A DNA stretch of 64,000 bases, taken from the NCBI GenBank assembly GCA_965225945.1, contig CBDDBZ010000030.1:64001-128000 (forward strand), read 5' to 3'. The translations under genes and the position numbers were made by a program. The notes below the pieces were generated by a model. It saw nothing but the letters and a program-made list of their open reading frames with translations. It made no database searches and was not told the DNA's origin. The stretch comes from Alphaproteobacteria bacterium. Lineage in GTDB: Bacteria; Pseudomonadota; Alphaproteobacteria; GCA-2731375. Positions 9,797 to 19,678 of this stretch are shown one piece after another. Every line of letters begins with the position of its first letter. Position 1 is the stretch's first letter.

Positions 9797-11686
9797 GTGA
9801 CCTCGGCGGTCGCGAGCCTTCTACTTGCCGTCTGGTCGACGGCCGGCGCGGCGGCGGCGTATCGGGAAACGCCGTCGTTGAAAGCGGACGTCGAGGCCGG
9901 AAAGTTGCCGCCGATCGAGGCGCGGCTGCCCCGGGTGCCGCGCATCGTCACCCTCGACGGCAAGGGCCGGACGATCGGCAAGCACGGCGGGGAGCTGAAG
10001 ACGCTGATCGGGCGGGCCAAGGATGTCCGCCTGCTCGTGGTCTACGGCTATGCCCGCCTGGTGGTCTACGACGAGAAATTCGAGATCGTGCCGGACATCG
10101 CCGAAAAGGTGACGGTGGAGGAAGGGCGTCGATTCACCTTTCATCTGCGCGCGGGCCACAAATGGTCGGACGGCCAGCCCTTCACCGCCGAGGACTTCCG
10201 CTACTACTGGGAAGACGTCGCCAACAATTACGATCTCTCGCCCGCGGGCCCGCCCAGGATCCTGCGGGTGGCGGGCAAGCCGCCGGTCTTCGAGGTCGTC
10301 GATCGCCACACCGTGCGTTACACCTGGGAGGCGCCCAACCCCTTCTTCCTGCCCCGGCTGGCCGGCGCCTCGCCCCTCTTCATCCATCGCCCGGCGCACT
10401 ATCTGAAACGGTTTCACCAAAAATACGCCGACCCGGAGGCGCTGGAGGCGGCGCTCAAGGCGGTCAGGCGGCGCAACTGGGCGGCACTCCACAACCGGCT
10501 CGACAACATGTACCGCTTCGACAATCCGGCGCTGCCGACGTTGCAGCCCTGGGTCAACGTCTCGAAGCCGTCCGCGACCCGCTTCGTCGCGCGGCGCAAT
10601 CCCTATTTCCACCGCGTCGACGCCGAGGGCCGGCAACTGCCCTATATCGACAGCGTGGTGATGAACATCTCCGACGGGAAGCTGATCCCGGCCAAGGCCG
10701 GTACCGGCGAGGTCGACATCCAGGCCCGCAGCCTGTTCTTCAACAACTACACCTTCCTCAAGGAGAACGAGGAGGCGCACGGTTTCAAGACCCTGCTGTG
10801 GCGCATCGCCAAGGGTTCGCACCTGGCGATTTTCCCCAACCTCAACCATAACGACGAGGTCTGGCGCGCGCTCTTCCGTGACGTCCGCTTCCGCCGTGCG
10901 CTGAGCTTGGCGATCGACCGCGCGGCGATCAACGAGACCATGTTCTTCGGCCTGGCGAGCGAGGCCAACAACACCGTGCTGGCGGAAAGCCCTCTCTTCA
11001 AGGACGCGTACCGGACCGCGTGGGCCGAATACGACCCCGAGGCCGCCGCCGACCTGCTGGACCAGATCGGCCTTGGGGAGAGCAGCGACGACGACATTCG
11101 CCTGTTGCCCGACGGCCGGCCCTTGGAAATCATCATCGAGACCGCGGGCGAGGACACCGAGCAGACCGATATCCTGCAATTGGTGCAGGAAAATTGGGCG
11201 GAGGTCGGCATCAAGCTCTTCATCAAGCCCTCGCAGCGCGAGATCTTCCGCAACCGAGTCTTTGCCGGGCAGACCATGATGAGCGTGTGGAGCGGCCTGG
11301 AGAACGGCGTGCCCTCGGCCGACACCGCGCCGAACGAACTCGCGCCGACCTCACAGCAGCAATTGCAATGGCCGAAGTGGGGACAGCATTACGAGACGAG
11401 CGGCCTCGCGGGCGAGGCCCCGGACATGGACGAGGCCAAGGAATTGGCGCGGCTCAACGTCGCCTGGCTCGCCGCGCCGGACAAAGCGGCGCGCGCGGCG
11501 ATCTGGCACCAAATGCTGAAGCTGCACGCCGAGCAGGTCTTCACCATCGGCCTGATCTCCGGGGTCAAGCAGCCGATCGTGGTCAAGAACGGCCTTCGCA
11601 ACGTGCCCGAGGAGGGGATCTACAACTGGGACCCGGGGGCGCAGCTCGGCATCTACCGGCCCGACACCTTCTGGTTCGATCGCTGA
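9797..11686 (+). CDS. ABC transporter substrate-binding protein, family 5
   Basis: Signal-like N-terminus; GKLPPIEARLP, LRAGHKWSDGQPFTAEDF and FRRALSLAIDR motifs. Start uncertain (GTG 9797 chosen). Confidence 0.9.
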   Translation: MTSAVASLLLAVWSTAGAAAAYRETPSLKADVEAGKLPPIEARLPRVPRIVTLDGKGRTIGKHGGELKTLIGRAKDVRLLVVYGYARLVVYDEKFEIVPDIAEKVTVEEGRRFTFHLRAGHKWSDGQPFTAEDFRYYWEDVANNYDLSPAGPPRILRVAGKPPVFEVVDRHTVRYTWEAPNPFFLPRLAGASPLFIHRPAHYLKRFHQKYADPEALEAALKAVRRRNWAALHNRLDNMYRFDNPALPTLQPWVNVSKPSATRFVARRNPYFHRVDAEGRQLPYIDSVVMNISDGKLIPAKAGTGEVDIQARSLFFNNYTFLKENEEAHGFKTLLWRIAKGSHLAIFPNLNHNDEVWRALFRDVRFRRALSLAIDRAAINETMFFGLASEANNTVLAESPLFKDAYRTAWAEYDPEAAADLLDQIGLGESSDDDIRLLPDGRPLEIIIETAGEDTEQTDILQLVQENWAEVGIKLFIKPSQREIFRNRVFAGQTMMSVWSGLENGVPSADTAPNELAPTSQQQLQWPKWGQHYETSGLAGEAPDMDEAKELARLNVAWLAAPDKAARAAIWHQMLKLHAEQVFTIGLISGVKQPIVVKNGLRNVPEEGIYNWDPGAQLGIYRPDTFWFDR

Positions 11687-11855
11687 GGGCGGCGCGGCGC
11701 GGGCGATGGCGCCAGCGTCTCGCGCGCGCCTTGGCGCGACGGCGGCGCCTGAGATAGTCTAATAGCGATGGACGTAAGTCCCGACCGCCCCGCTAGTGGA
11801 TAGAATCCACTAGGGCGGTTGGTTTAGGACTCGCCGAGGGGACGCGGGGCGTTTT

Positions 11856-12881
11856 ATGTTCGGTTACCTGGTGCAGCGGGTCTTGATCATGATCCCGACG
11901 CTGCTGGTGATCAGCGGCGTCACCTTTTTGATCATTCAAGCGCCGCCCGGCGACTATCTCTCCAACGAGATGGCGCGCCTGATCGCCGACGGCGACCACG
12001 CGGCGGCGGAGAAGCTGGCCTTCCTCCGCAAGGAATTCGGCCTCGACAAGCCGATGCTGGAGCAGTACGTGGTCTGGCTCGGCGTCTGGCCCGGCAACAA
12101 CGGTTTCTCCGGTATATTGCAGGCTGATTTCGGCTGGTCGTTCGAATACCAGCTGCCGGTCGACCAAGTGGTCGGAGACCGCCTGCTGCTCTCCTTTGTG
12201 CTGAACTTCGTCACCATCCTGTTCGTCTACGCGGTCAGCTTCCCGATCGGCGTCTACACCGCCGTCCGCCAGTATTCGTTCGGCGATCACGCGATGACCT
12301 TCATCGGCTACATCGGACTGGCGACGCCCAACTTCCTGCTGGCGCTGATCCTGCTGTTCCTCGCCAAGACCTTCTTCGGGGTTTCGATCGGCGGCTTGAT
12401 GGACGACGACTACATCGACCAGCCGATGTCCTGGGACAAGTTCGTCTCGATCCTGGAGCATCTGGTCGTGCCGGTGATCGTGATCGGCACGTCAGGCACG
12501 GCCGGCATGATTCGCCGCCTTCGCGCCAACCTGCTGGACGAATTGCAGAAGCAATACGTGGTGACGGCGCGGACCAAGGGCATGAGGGCGAGCCGATTGC
12601 TGATCAAGTACCCACTCCGCATGGCGCTCAATCCCTTCGTCGCCGACATCGGCAACCTGTTGCCGCAGATGATCTCCGGCTCGGCCATCGTTTCCGTGGT
12701 GATGAGCCTGCCGACCTCGGGCCCGATGCTGGTCCACGCGCTGCAGAGCCAGGATCAGTATCTCGCCGGCTCCTTCCTGTTGTTCCTCTCCTGCCTCACC
12801 GTGATCGGCATGTTCGTCTCCGACATCCTGTTGGCGGTGTTGGATCCCCGGATCCGGCTGGGCGCGGAGGTGGGCCGATGA
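11856..12881 (+). CDS. ABC transporter permease (OppB-like)
   Basis: APPGDY, FGLDKP, YVVTARTKG (EAA region) and LDPRIR at the end. Confidence 0.95.
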   Translation: MFGYLVQRVLIMIPTLLVISGVTFLIIQAPPGDYLSNEMARLIADGDHAAAEKLAFLRKEFGLDKPMLEQYVVWLGVWPGNNGFSGILQADFGWSFEYQLPVDQVVGDRLLLSFVLNFVTILFVYAVSFPIGVYTAVRQYSFGDHAMTFIGYIGLATPNFLLALILLFLAKTFFGVSIGGLMDDDYIDQPMSWDKFVSILEHLVVPVIVIGTSGTAGMIRRLRANLLDELQKQYVVTARTKGMRASRLLIKYPLRMALNPFVADIGNLLPQMISGSAIVSVVMSLPTSGPMLVHALQSQDQYLAGSFLLFLSCLTVIGMFVSDILLAVLDPRIRLGAEVGR

Positions 12882-14065
12882 CCAGGCCCGACAGCCCTCC
12901 CGAACACTGGGTCAGCGAGGAGCCGTTCGATCCCCGCACCATCGAGCGCCTGACGCCGGAACAGGAGCGTTTCTACCTCGCGGGCCAATGGCGGCTGATG
13001 TGGTGGAAACTGCGCCGCCATCCCCTGGCGGTGATCAGCGGGATCTTCTTGCTGGTGATCTATGGCACGATCGTGATCAGCGAGATCATCGCCCCGCACG
13101 GTCTGGCCAAGCGCCATGCCCGCTACATCTATGCGCCGCCGCAGTCGGTGCGTTTCTTCCACGAAGGCGACTTCATCGGCCCCTTCGTCCATCCCTATAA
13201 GCGGAGCCGCGATCTCGTGACCCTGAAGCGGATCTACACCGAGGACGAGACGAAGGTTTGGAAAATCGGCCTTTTCTGCAGCGGTGACAAGTACCGGCTC
13301 TGGGGCGTCTTCAAGATGCGCCTGCATCTCTTCTGCGCCGAGCGCACGAGCAAGAGCGGCGAGCTCGAAGCGGCGCCGATCTTCCTCTTCGGCACCGACC
13401 GCCTGGGGCGCGACATCTTCAGCCGGGTGATCTACGGCGCCCGGATTTCGCTCACCGTCGGTCTGATCGGGATCACCATCAGCTTCGTCATCGGCCTAAC
13501 CCTCGGCGGCCTCGCCGGCTATTACGGCGGCTGGGTCGACAATGTGGTGCAGCGGTTGATCGAAATGCTGCGCTCCTTTCCCGAACTGCCGCTCTGGATG
13601 GCGCTCTCGGCGGCACTGCCGGTGACCTGGAGTCCGGTCGCCGTCTTCCTCGGCATCACCGTGATTCTGGGGCTGTTGGACTGGCCGGGACTGGCCCGCG
13701 CCGTCCGCTCGAAGCTGTTGGCGCTGCGCGAGGAGGACTATGCCGCCGCCGCGACGCTGATGGGTGCCAGCCCCAAGCGGGTCATCGCCCGCCATCTCCT
13801 GCCCAACTTCATGAGCCACATCATCGCCTCGTTGACGCTCTCGATCCCCTCGATGATCCTGGGCGAGACCGCGCTCTCCTTCCTCGGCCTCGGCCTCCGG
13901 CCACCGGTGACGAGCTGGGGCGTGTTGCTGAACGAGGCGCAGAACATCAACGCCGTCGCCACCTATCCCTGGCTGATCCTGCCGATGGTGCCGGTGATCC
14001 TGGTGGTGCTGGCCTTCAACTTCTTCGGTGACGGCTTGCGCGACGCGGCCGATCCATACAACTAG
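12878..14065 (+). CDS. ABC transporter permease (OppC-like)
   Basis: FGTDRLGRDIFSR, ETALSFLGLG and GDGLRDAADPY motifs. Confidence 0.95.
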   Translation: MTRPDSPPEHWVSEEPFDPRTIERLTPEQERFYLAGQWRLMWWKLRRHPLAVISGIFLLVIYGTIVISEIIAPHGLAKRHARYIYAPPQSVRFFHEGDFIGPFVHPYKRSRDLVTLKRIYTEDETKVWKIGLFCSGDKYRLWGVFKMRLHLFCAERTSKSGELEAAPIFLFGTDRLGRDIFSRVIYGARISLTVGLIGITISFVIGLTLGGLAGYYGGWVDNVVQRLIEMLRSFPELPLWMALSAALPVTWSPVAVFLGITVILGLLDWPGLARAVRSKLLALREEDYAAAATLMGASPKRVIARHLLPNFMSHIIASLTLSIPSMILGETALSFLGLGLRPPVTSWGVLLNEAQNINAVATYPWLILPMVPVILVVLAFNFFGDGLRDAADPYN

Positions 14066-14080
14066 CGGGAGCGCGCGGCT

Positions 14081-15433
14081 CTACGCGTGCAACACCACCA
14101 GATCCACCGGCTCGCCAAGGCCCTCCACGGCACGGCCGGGGCGGGGCTCGGGCGGCCTCTCGGGGCGGTAGCCCTCGGCCTGGGCGCGGGCCAACGTCGC
14201 CGCCGTGGTGAGCGCCGTGGCGCTTTCCTGCTTGTTCTGCTTTTCGAGCTTGGCGGCGAGGTTGACCGGCTCGCCGATCACCGTGAATTCGAGTCGGCTC
14301 TCTTCGCCGACGGCGCCGAACACCACCGGGCCCGCCGCCACGGCGAAGCCGATCGCCAAGGGCGCCAAGCCCTGCGCCTGGCGGGCTCGGGCCCAATCGT
14401 CGGCTTCGCGGACCAGCGCATCCACGGCGCGGAGCGCGTCGGCGCTCGCCGTCGGGCTCGGCCATACGGCACCGAAGGTGGCGAGGATGCCGTCGCCCAA
14501 GAACTTGTCGATGCTGCCGCCATGGGCCTGAATGACGCCGACCATGCGGTGCTGGTATTCCGCCAGCAGCACCATCAGGGCGTCCGGATCGCTCGACATC
14601 GCGAGATGGGTGAAGCCGCGGACATCTGTGACCAGCACCGCCGCCTCTCGCAGTTCGCCCCGGCCCGGGCGAATCGGAGCCTCGGCGGCGGTGATACGAT
14701 CGGCGATCTCCGGCGCGAAGAAGCGTTCGAGATCGCGGTGCGCCACCTCCTCCGCCACCGAGGCGACCAATAGGCGACGGGCCCGCATCAGGGCCAGGGC
14801 CAGGATCGCCGTGGTCAGCAGGATGGTGATGATCTTGTCGAATTCGGCGCCGATCAGGACCATGGCCGAGGTCATGTAGAGGACGTAGTCGTCGGTGATT
14901 CCCATGCCGGGCGCCGTCGAGCTGATCAGCGCATAGTTCAGCAGCACCAGCCAGCCGAGCGCCGCCGACCCGCCCGCCAAGAGCACGTAGCCGGCGGAGA
15001 AGCGAAGCGCGCGGAGCGCCACGAAGATGAAAACGTAGAGCAGCGTCGGCGCCTTCAGATAGAACGCCGCCGGCTGGCCGTATTGCAGATGGAAGCTCCA
15101 GATCAGCCCCATCAGCAGGCTCATGTCGAAGAACACGGAGAGGGCCACGAACCAAGCAGGCGCGAAGTCACGGCGCAGCAGGATCAGGCGCAACATCGAG
15201 AAGCCGATATAGAGGCCGAGCGCCACCGGCACCGGGGCGAAGGGTTGTTCGGCGGTGAAGGTCTTCGGCGCCAGCGCGTAGAGGGCGGACCAGATGCAGC
15301 CGATCAGCAGTTGGGCGCCGGCGATCAAGCGCTCGCTCTCGATCTCGCGGGCCGCGATCAGCCGGGCCACCCGGGCCGGCGGCGCCGCCTCGAGGCCGGT
15401 GCCGAGCAAGACCCGGCGAAGTCTCTCGATCAT
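14081..15433 (-). CDS. Membrane-bound class III adenylate/guanylate cyclase
   Basis: About 6 TM helices, then TDVRGFT, DKFLGDG and FTVIGEPVNLAAKLE. Confidence 0.92.
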   Translation of the reverse strand: MIERLRRVLLGTGLEAAPPARVARLIAAREIESERLIAGAQLLIGCIWSALYALAPKTFTAEQPFAPVPVALGLYIGFSMLRLILLRRDFAPAWFVALSVFFDMSLLMGLIWSFHLQYGQPAAFYLKAPTLLYVFIFVALRALRFSAGYVLLAGGSAALGWLVLLNYALISSTAPGMGITDDYVLYMTSAMVLIGAEFDKIITILLTTAILALALMRARRLLVASVAEEVAHRDLERFFAPEIADRITAAEAPIRPGRGELREAAVLVTDVRGFTHLAMSSDPDALMVLLAEYQHRMVGVIQAHGGSIDKFLGDGILATFGAVWPSPTASADALRAVDALVREADDWARARQAQGLAPLAIGFAVAAGPVVFGAVGEESRLEFTVIGEPVNLAAKLEKQNKQESATALTTAATLARAQAEGYRPERPPEPRPGRAVEGLGEPVDLVVLHA

Positions 15434-15524
15434 GCCGATTCCCTCCCTGGGGAGCCTTCACACCGCGGCGGGTCCGGACGCCGCCCGAAGTTTCGGCGCC
15501 CCGGCCAGCGGAGCCGCGGGCGCG

Positions 15525-16361
15525 TCAGCGCTTTTCGAGCCACAGGCTGGAGGCGAGCGGACCGGGCCAGCCAGGAAGCGACGCAAGTGGACTCGCCGCC
15601 ACACGCGCGGCCATCCGGCGGCGAACGTGGGCGGCGGCAAAGAGCGGTGCGTAGCCACCCGAGGTGAGCAGCGTCGCCACGGCATTCTGCTCGTTGTAGC
15701 CACGCCAACCCCATTCGGCGGGATAGTCGTCGGCGAGGAAGATGTCGTGGAAATGGATCAGGGTGCCCGGCCGCAGCATCGGCAGCACCCGATTTAGCAG
15801 GTCGTCGACGTCGGTTCCGGGCATCAGCACGTGGCTCGAATCGACGAAGAGCATGTCGCCCGGAGCAAGGGGTTCGAATAGCCCCGTCCCGACCGCGCCC
15901 AACGGCCGTTCGATCAGTCGGATGGCGAGACCCCGGAGCGTGGCCCGGGGTGCCGGGTCGATTGCCGTCAGCTCCGTGGCCAGGCCGCCGTCGGCGATCG
16001 CGCGCGCGAGGAACCGGGTCGAATGGCCGGATCCGATCTCGACGATGCGGGCCGGCGCCCGCGCCCGCACCAAGGCGTAGGTGGCGGCCGCGTCGAGCGG
16101 CGGGAACCAGTCCTGGTTCCACCGCGGCGCCGGCGGCGCCTCGTCGCCGATGGCCTCGAGCGCCCCTCGTCGGGCATCGATCTCGTCCAACAGCAGGGCA
16201 AAGGCCGGCTCGCTCTCCCCGAGCAGCGCTTCCACCGGGTCGTAGCACGGCGCCTCCCCCGGTGGTGCCAATCGGTCGGCGTAACGATGGGGGATGAAGA
16301 AGCCGCGCCGGGCGAGGCTGAAGACCGTGGCGAGGCCCATGCAGAGCACGCGCGCCCGCAT
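15525..16361 (-). CDS. Class I SAM-dependent methyltransferase (Methyltransf_24-like)
   Basis: IVEIGSGHST, LFVDSSH and HFHDIFL motifs. Confidence 0.85.
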   Translation of the reverse strand: MRARVLCMGLATVFSLARRGFFIPHRYADRLAPPGEAPCYDPVEALLGESEPAFALLLDEIDARRGALEAIGDEAPPAPRWNQDWFPPLDAAATYALVRARAPARIVEIGSGHSTRFLARAIADGGLATELTAIDPAPRATLRGLAIRLIERPLGAVGTGLFEPLAPGDMLFVDSSHVLMPGTDVDDLLNRVLPMLRPGTLIHFHDIFLADDYPAEWGWRGYNEQNAVATLLTSGGYAPLFAAAHVRRRMAARVAASPLASLPGWPGPLASSLWLEKR

Positions 16362-16495
16362 CTAGGACGACACCCCGTGCGGCGCGGCGGCGATCATCGT
16401 CACCACCGGCAATACCAACCGATGTAAGGAACTCGCCATTCATGGCGGTGGGTACAAGCGGCTCTCCGGGCGATGTCGGGCGAGCGGATCATGCC

Positions 16496-17314
16496 TTAGA
16501 GCTCGATCACCAGGCCCTCGCGGGCGACGACGGTGCCGGGTCGGCGCACCTCGGCCTTGGCGGCGATCTGGTCCATGAAGTCGTCGTCGTGGTCGGGGTC
16601 GTGATGGAAGATCACCAGGGTCTCGACCGAGGCCGCATCGCACAGCCGACAGCCCTCCTCCCAGGTCGAGTGACCCCAACCGACCCGCGTGGGATACTCC
16701 TCGTCGGTGTAAGTAGCGTCGTAAATCACCAGGTCCGCGCCCTCGATCAAGGCGAGGATATTCTGGTCGAGGGCGCCCGGTTCGTGCTCGGTGTCGGTCA
16801 GATAACAGACCGCGCGGCCGGCGTGTTCCACCCTGTAGCCGGTGGCGCGGTTCGGATGGTTGAGCGGCGCGGTCTTGACCCGGACGTCCGCGCCGAGCTC
16901 CAGCGTCGTCCCCACCGCGAAATCGCGATAGTCGACGGCGGCGGCAAAAATCCCCGGCGGCACCGGGAACAGTGGGGCGATCATCATGTCTTCCAGCACC
17001 GACTTCAGCGTGTGCTCCGGCAACAAGTGTCCGGCCCAGAGGCGGAATTGGTTCGTCGGATCGAAGAACGGCTTGAAGAAGGGAATGCCGCAGACGTGGT
17101 CGAAATGCGTGTGGGTCAGCAGCAAATCCAGATCCCATGGCCCGCCCCGCGCGTGCAAGGCGTTGCCGAGATAGCGGAGGCCGGTGCCGGCGTCCAGCAA
17201 CAGTGGCCGGCCGCCGCACTCGATCTCGATCGAGGAGGTGTTGCCGCCGTAACGCCGAGTGTCCGCGTTGGGGGTCGAGATGCTGCCGCGCACACCCCAG
17301 AAACGGACCGCCAT
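16496..17314 (-). CDS. MBL-fold metallo-hydrolase (RNase Z / phosphodiesterase-like)
   Basis: RFWGVRGS, YGGNTS, DAGTG, THTHFDH and FHHDP motifs; alternative start at 17353. Confidence 0.9.
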   Translation of the reverse strand: MAVRFWGVRGSISTPNADTRRYGGNTSSIEIECGGRPLLLDAGTGLRYLGNALHARGGPWDLDLLLTHTHFDHVCGIPFFKPFFDPTNQFRLWAGHLLPEHTLKSVLEDMMIAPLFPVPPGIFAAAVDYRDFAVGTTLELGADVRVKTAPLNHPNRATGYRVEHAGRAVCYLTDTEHEPGALDQNILALIEGADLVIYDATYTDEEYPTRVGWGHSTWEEGCRLCDAASVETLVIFHHDPDHDDDFMDQIAAKAEVRRPGTVVAREGLVIEL

Positions 17315-17383
17315 CCGTCCTCCCGCGGGCGCCCGTGTTACATCGCTACACATGATATTGGCGGGTCCGCCCGGCGCGCGCCC

Positions 17384-18070
17384 CTAGGGCGCTAGCCGAT
17401 AGCCGCCGGTCTCGGTGACCAGAAGCTCGGCGTTGGAGGGATCCCGCTCGATCTTCTGGCGCAGGCGGTAGATATGGGTTTCCAGCGTGTGTGTCGTGAC
17501 CCCGGCATTATAGCCCCACACTTCGTTCAACAGGATATCGCGGCTGACCACCCGGTCGTTGGCGCGGTAGAGGTACTTCAGGATCGAGGTTTCTTTCTCG
17601 GTCAGTCTGACCTTCTGGTTCTTCTCGTCGTGGGTGAGCAGCTTCATGCTCGGGCGGAAGGTGTAGGGACCGATGGAGAAAACGGCGTCCTCGGACTGCT
17701 CGTGCTGGCGCAACTGGGCGCGAATACGGGCCAGCAGCACGGCGAAGCGGAACGGCTTGGTGACGTAGTCGTTGGCGCCCGCGTCGAGGCCGAGGATGGT
17801 GTCGGCATCGCCGTCGGCGGCGGTCAGCATGATGATCGGGCATTTGACGCCGTTCCGCCTGAGCATCTTGCAGACTTCCCGCCCGTCCAGATCGGGCAGA
17901 CCCACGTCCAGCAGCACCAGGTCGAAATGCGCGCCCTTGGCCTGTTCCAGGGCCTCGGCGCCGTTCGCCGCCTCGGCAGTCTGGAACTCGTCGTGCATCA
18001 CCAGTTGCTCGGCGAGAGAGCCGCGAAGCGCGTCCTCGTCGTCGACCAGCAGGATTTTCTTGGCCGTCAT
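17384..18070 (-). CDS. OmpR-family response regulator
   Basis: ILLVDDE, LLDVGLP, DYVTKPF and winged-helix LETHIYRLRQKIE. Confidence 0.95.
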   Translation of the reverse strand: MTAKKILLVDDEDALRGSLAEQLVMHDEFQTAEAANGAEALEQAKGAHFDLVLLDVGLPDLDGREVCKMLRRNGVKCPIIMLTAADGDADTILGLDAGANDYVTKPFRFAVLLARIRAQLRQHEQSEDAVFSIGPYTFRPSMKLLTHDEKNQKVRLTEKETSILKYLYRANDRVVSRDILLNEVWGYNAGVTTHTLETHIYRLRQKIERDPSNAELLVTETGGYRLAP

Positions 18071-18306
18071 CTCGCCGATCCCCTTCGCATGAATAGCGTC
18101 GCGCTCGCCGCTTCCCCCGAAGCCCGCCACGGGCATTCGGGCGAGGCCGGGGCCTTCGCGGCCGGGTCTCGCCATGATATAGGCATTCCACTGGAATCGT
18201 TCAATATTTCGGGGTCTTACGATCACGGGCGACGAGAATTTCTCGCAGGTTGTCCCCGCGCGCTCGATCCCGTATCAACGAGGCCGGATCGCCGTCGAGG
18301 AAGATC

Positions 18307-19434
18307 ATGGCCCGAGACGCGGAGCCCAAGGGCATGCCGAACCGCGCGGCGCGGGTGGCGGTCGCTCGGGCCGTCGCCGAGCTCAGACGGGGCGCGGCGG
18401 TGGTGTTGCGTGGCGATGGGGGGGGCTTGGCGGTCCTGGCGGCGGAGACCGCGAGCGCAGGCGAGATCGAGCGCCTGGGCGCGCTCGGCGCTGGCGATCT
18501 TCGGCTCGCGCTCACCGCGGCCCGGGCCCGCGCGCTCAACATCCTGCCCTCGGGCCACGACGTGGTGCTGCTGCCCTGGCGGCGCTGGTTCGACGCGGAA
18601 TTGGCGCGCGAGCTCGGTGACGCGACGACCGATCTGGCCCGCCCGCTCCGGGGACCCTTCGAGCGGGAGCGCCGGGCGCCGAGCCGAGCGGAAGAGGCGG
18701 CGGTCCAGCTCGCGAAGCTGGCCCGTCTGCTCCCCCTGGCGGTGATCGGATCCCTGGACGCGGCAACGCTCGAGCGGCTCGTCGAGACCGGAGAGTGCCT
18801 CGCCGTCGACGCCGCCCGCGTGCTCGACTTCGAGGCCGCGTCGGCGGCCAGCCTGACTCGCGTGGTGGCGGCGCGGGTGCCGCTCGCCGGGGCCGAGGAC
18901 GCGCGCGTTCTCGCCTTCCGTCCCGACGACGGCGGCGCCGAGCACCTGGCGATCCTGATCGGCGAGATCGACTTTGCCGCCCCTGTGCTGACGCGGCTGC
19001 ATTCGGAATGCTTCACCGGCGATCTGCTGGCATCGCTCAAGTGCGATTGCGGCCAGCAGTTGCGCGGCGCCATCGAGGCGATGACCGAGGCGGGCGGCGG
19101 CATCGTGGTCTACCTGGCGCAGGAAGGCCGCGGCATCGGCCTGATGAACAAGCTCCGCACTTACCGCCTGCAGGACGACGGCTTCGATACCATCGACGCC
19201 AACCTGCGCCTCGGCTTCGACGCCGACGAGCGGATTTTCGAGCCGGCGGCGGAAATCCTGCGGCAACTGGGGGTTCGGGCGGTCCGGCTGTTGACCAACA
19301 ATGTGGACAAGATCGAAGGCCTCCGGGCGGCCGGCGTCGAAGTCGCCGAGCGAGTCGCTCACAGCTTTCCGGAAAACATCCACAATCGCGAATATCTCGC
19401 GACCAAGCGACGCCGCAGTGGCCATTTGAGCTGA
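18307..19434 (+). CDS. ribA: GTP cyclohydrolase II with degenerate N-terminal domain
   Basis: RLHSECFTGD, KCDCG, QEGRGIGL and LLTNN motifs. Confidence 0.92.
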   Translation: MARDAEPKGMPNRAARVAVARAVAELRRGAAVVLRGDGGGLAVLAAETASAGEIERLGALGAGDLRLALTAARARALNILPSGHDVVLLPWRRWFDAELARELGDATTDLARPLRGPFERERRAPSRAEEAAVQLAKLARLLPLAVIGSLDAATLERLVETGECLAVDAARVLDFEAASAASLTRVVAARVPLAGAEDARVLAFRPDDGGAEHLAILIGEIDFAAPVLTRLHSECFTGDLLASLKCDCGQQLRGAIEAMTEAGGGIVVYLAQEGRGIGLMNKLRTYRLQDDGFDTIDANLRLGFDADERIFEPAAEILRQLGVRAVRLLTNNVDKIEGLRAAGVEVAERVAHSFPENIHNREYLATKRRRSGHLS

Positions 19435-19678
19435 GCGCCATAAACGGCGACGCCCCGGCCGCCGCTTTTTTTGCTCGCCGCTCGCGCGGCGCGCCGGGCC
19501 ATGCCACGCGCACGCGTGGCGGCGAATAACCCGTTGAGCCGGGGGAATGGGGCGCAGTCAGGACTTCCGTCGGTTGGTATGAATAGACGGGGCCGAGCGG
19601 GGAAATTCAATCGATCGGCGGGCGAATCGCGGCATATAATCCGCCCCTCGCAGTACCAGAGGTTGGAGGGCGGCGGCG

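Noticed and set aside
17384-19434. Response regulator divergent from ribA, and a possible FMN riboswitch
   Set aside because: Looks like ordinary alphaproteobacterial core context; no RFN consensus in the short intergenic region.
19450-19475. Terminator after ribA
   Set aside because: A T-tract is present but the preceding stem is weak and ambiguous.
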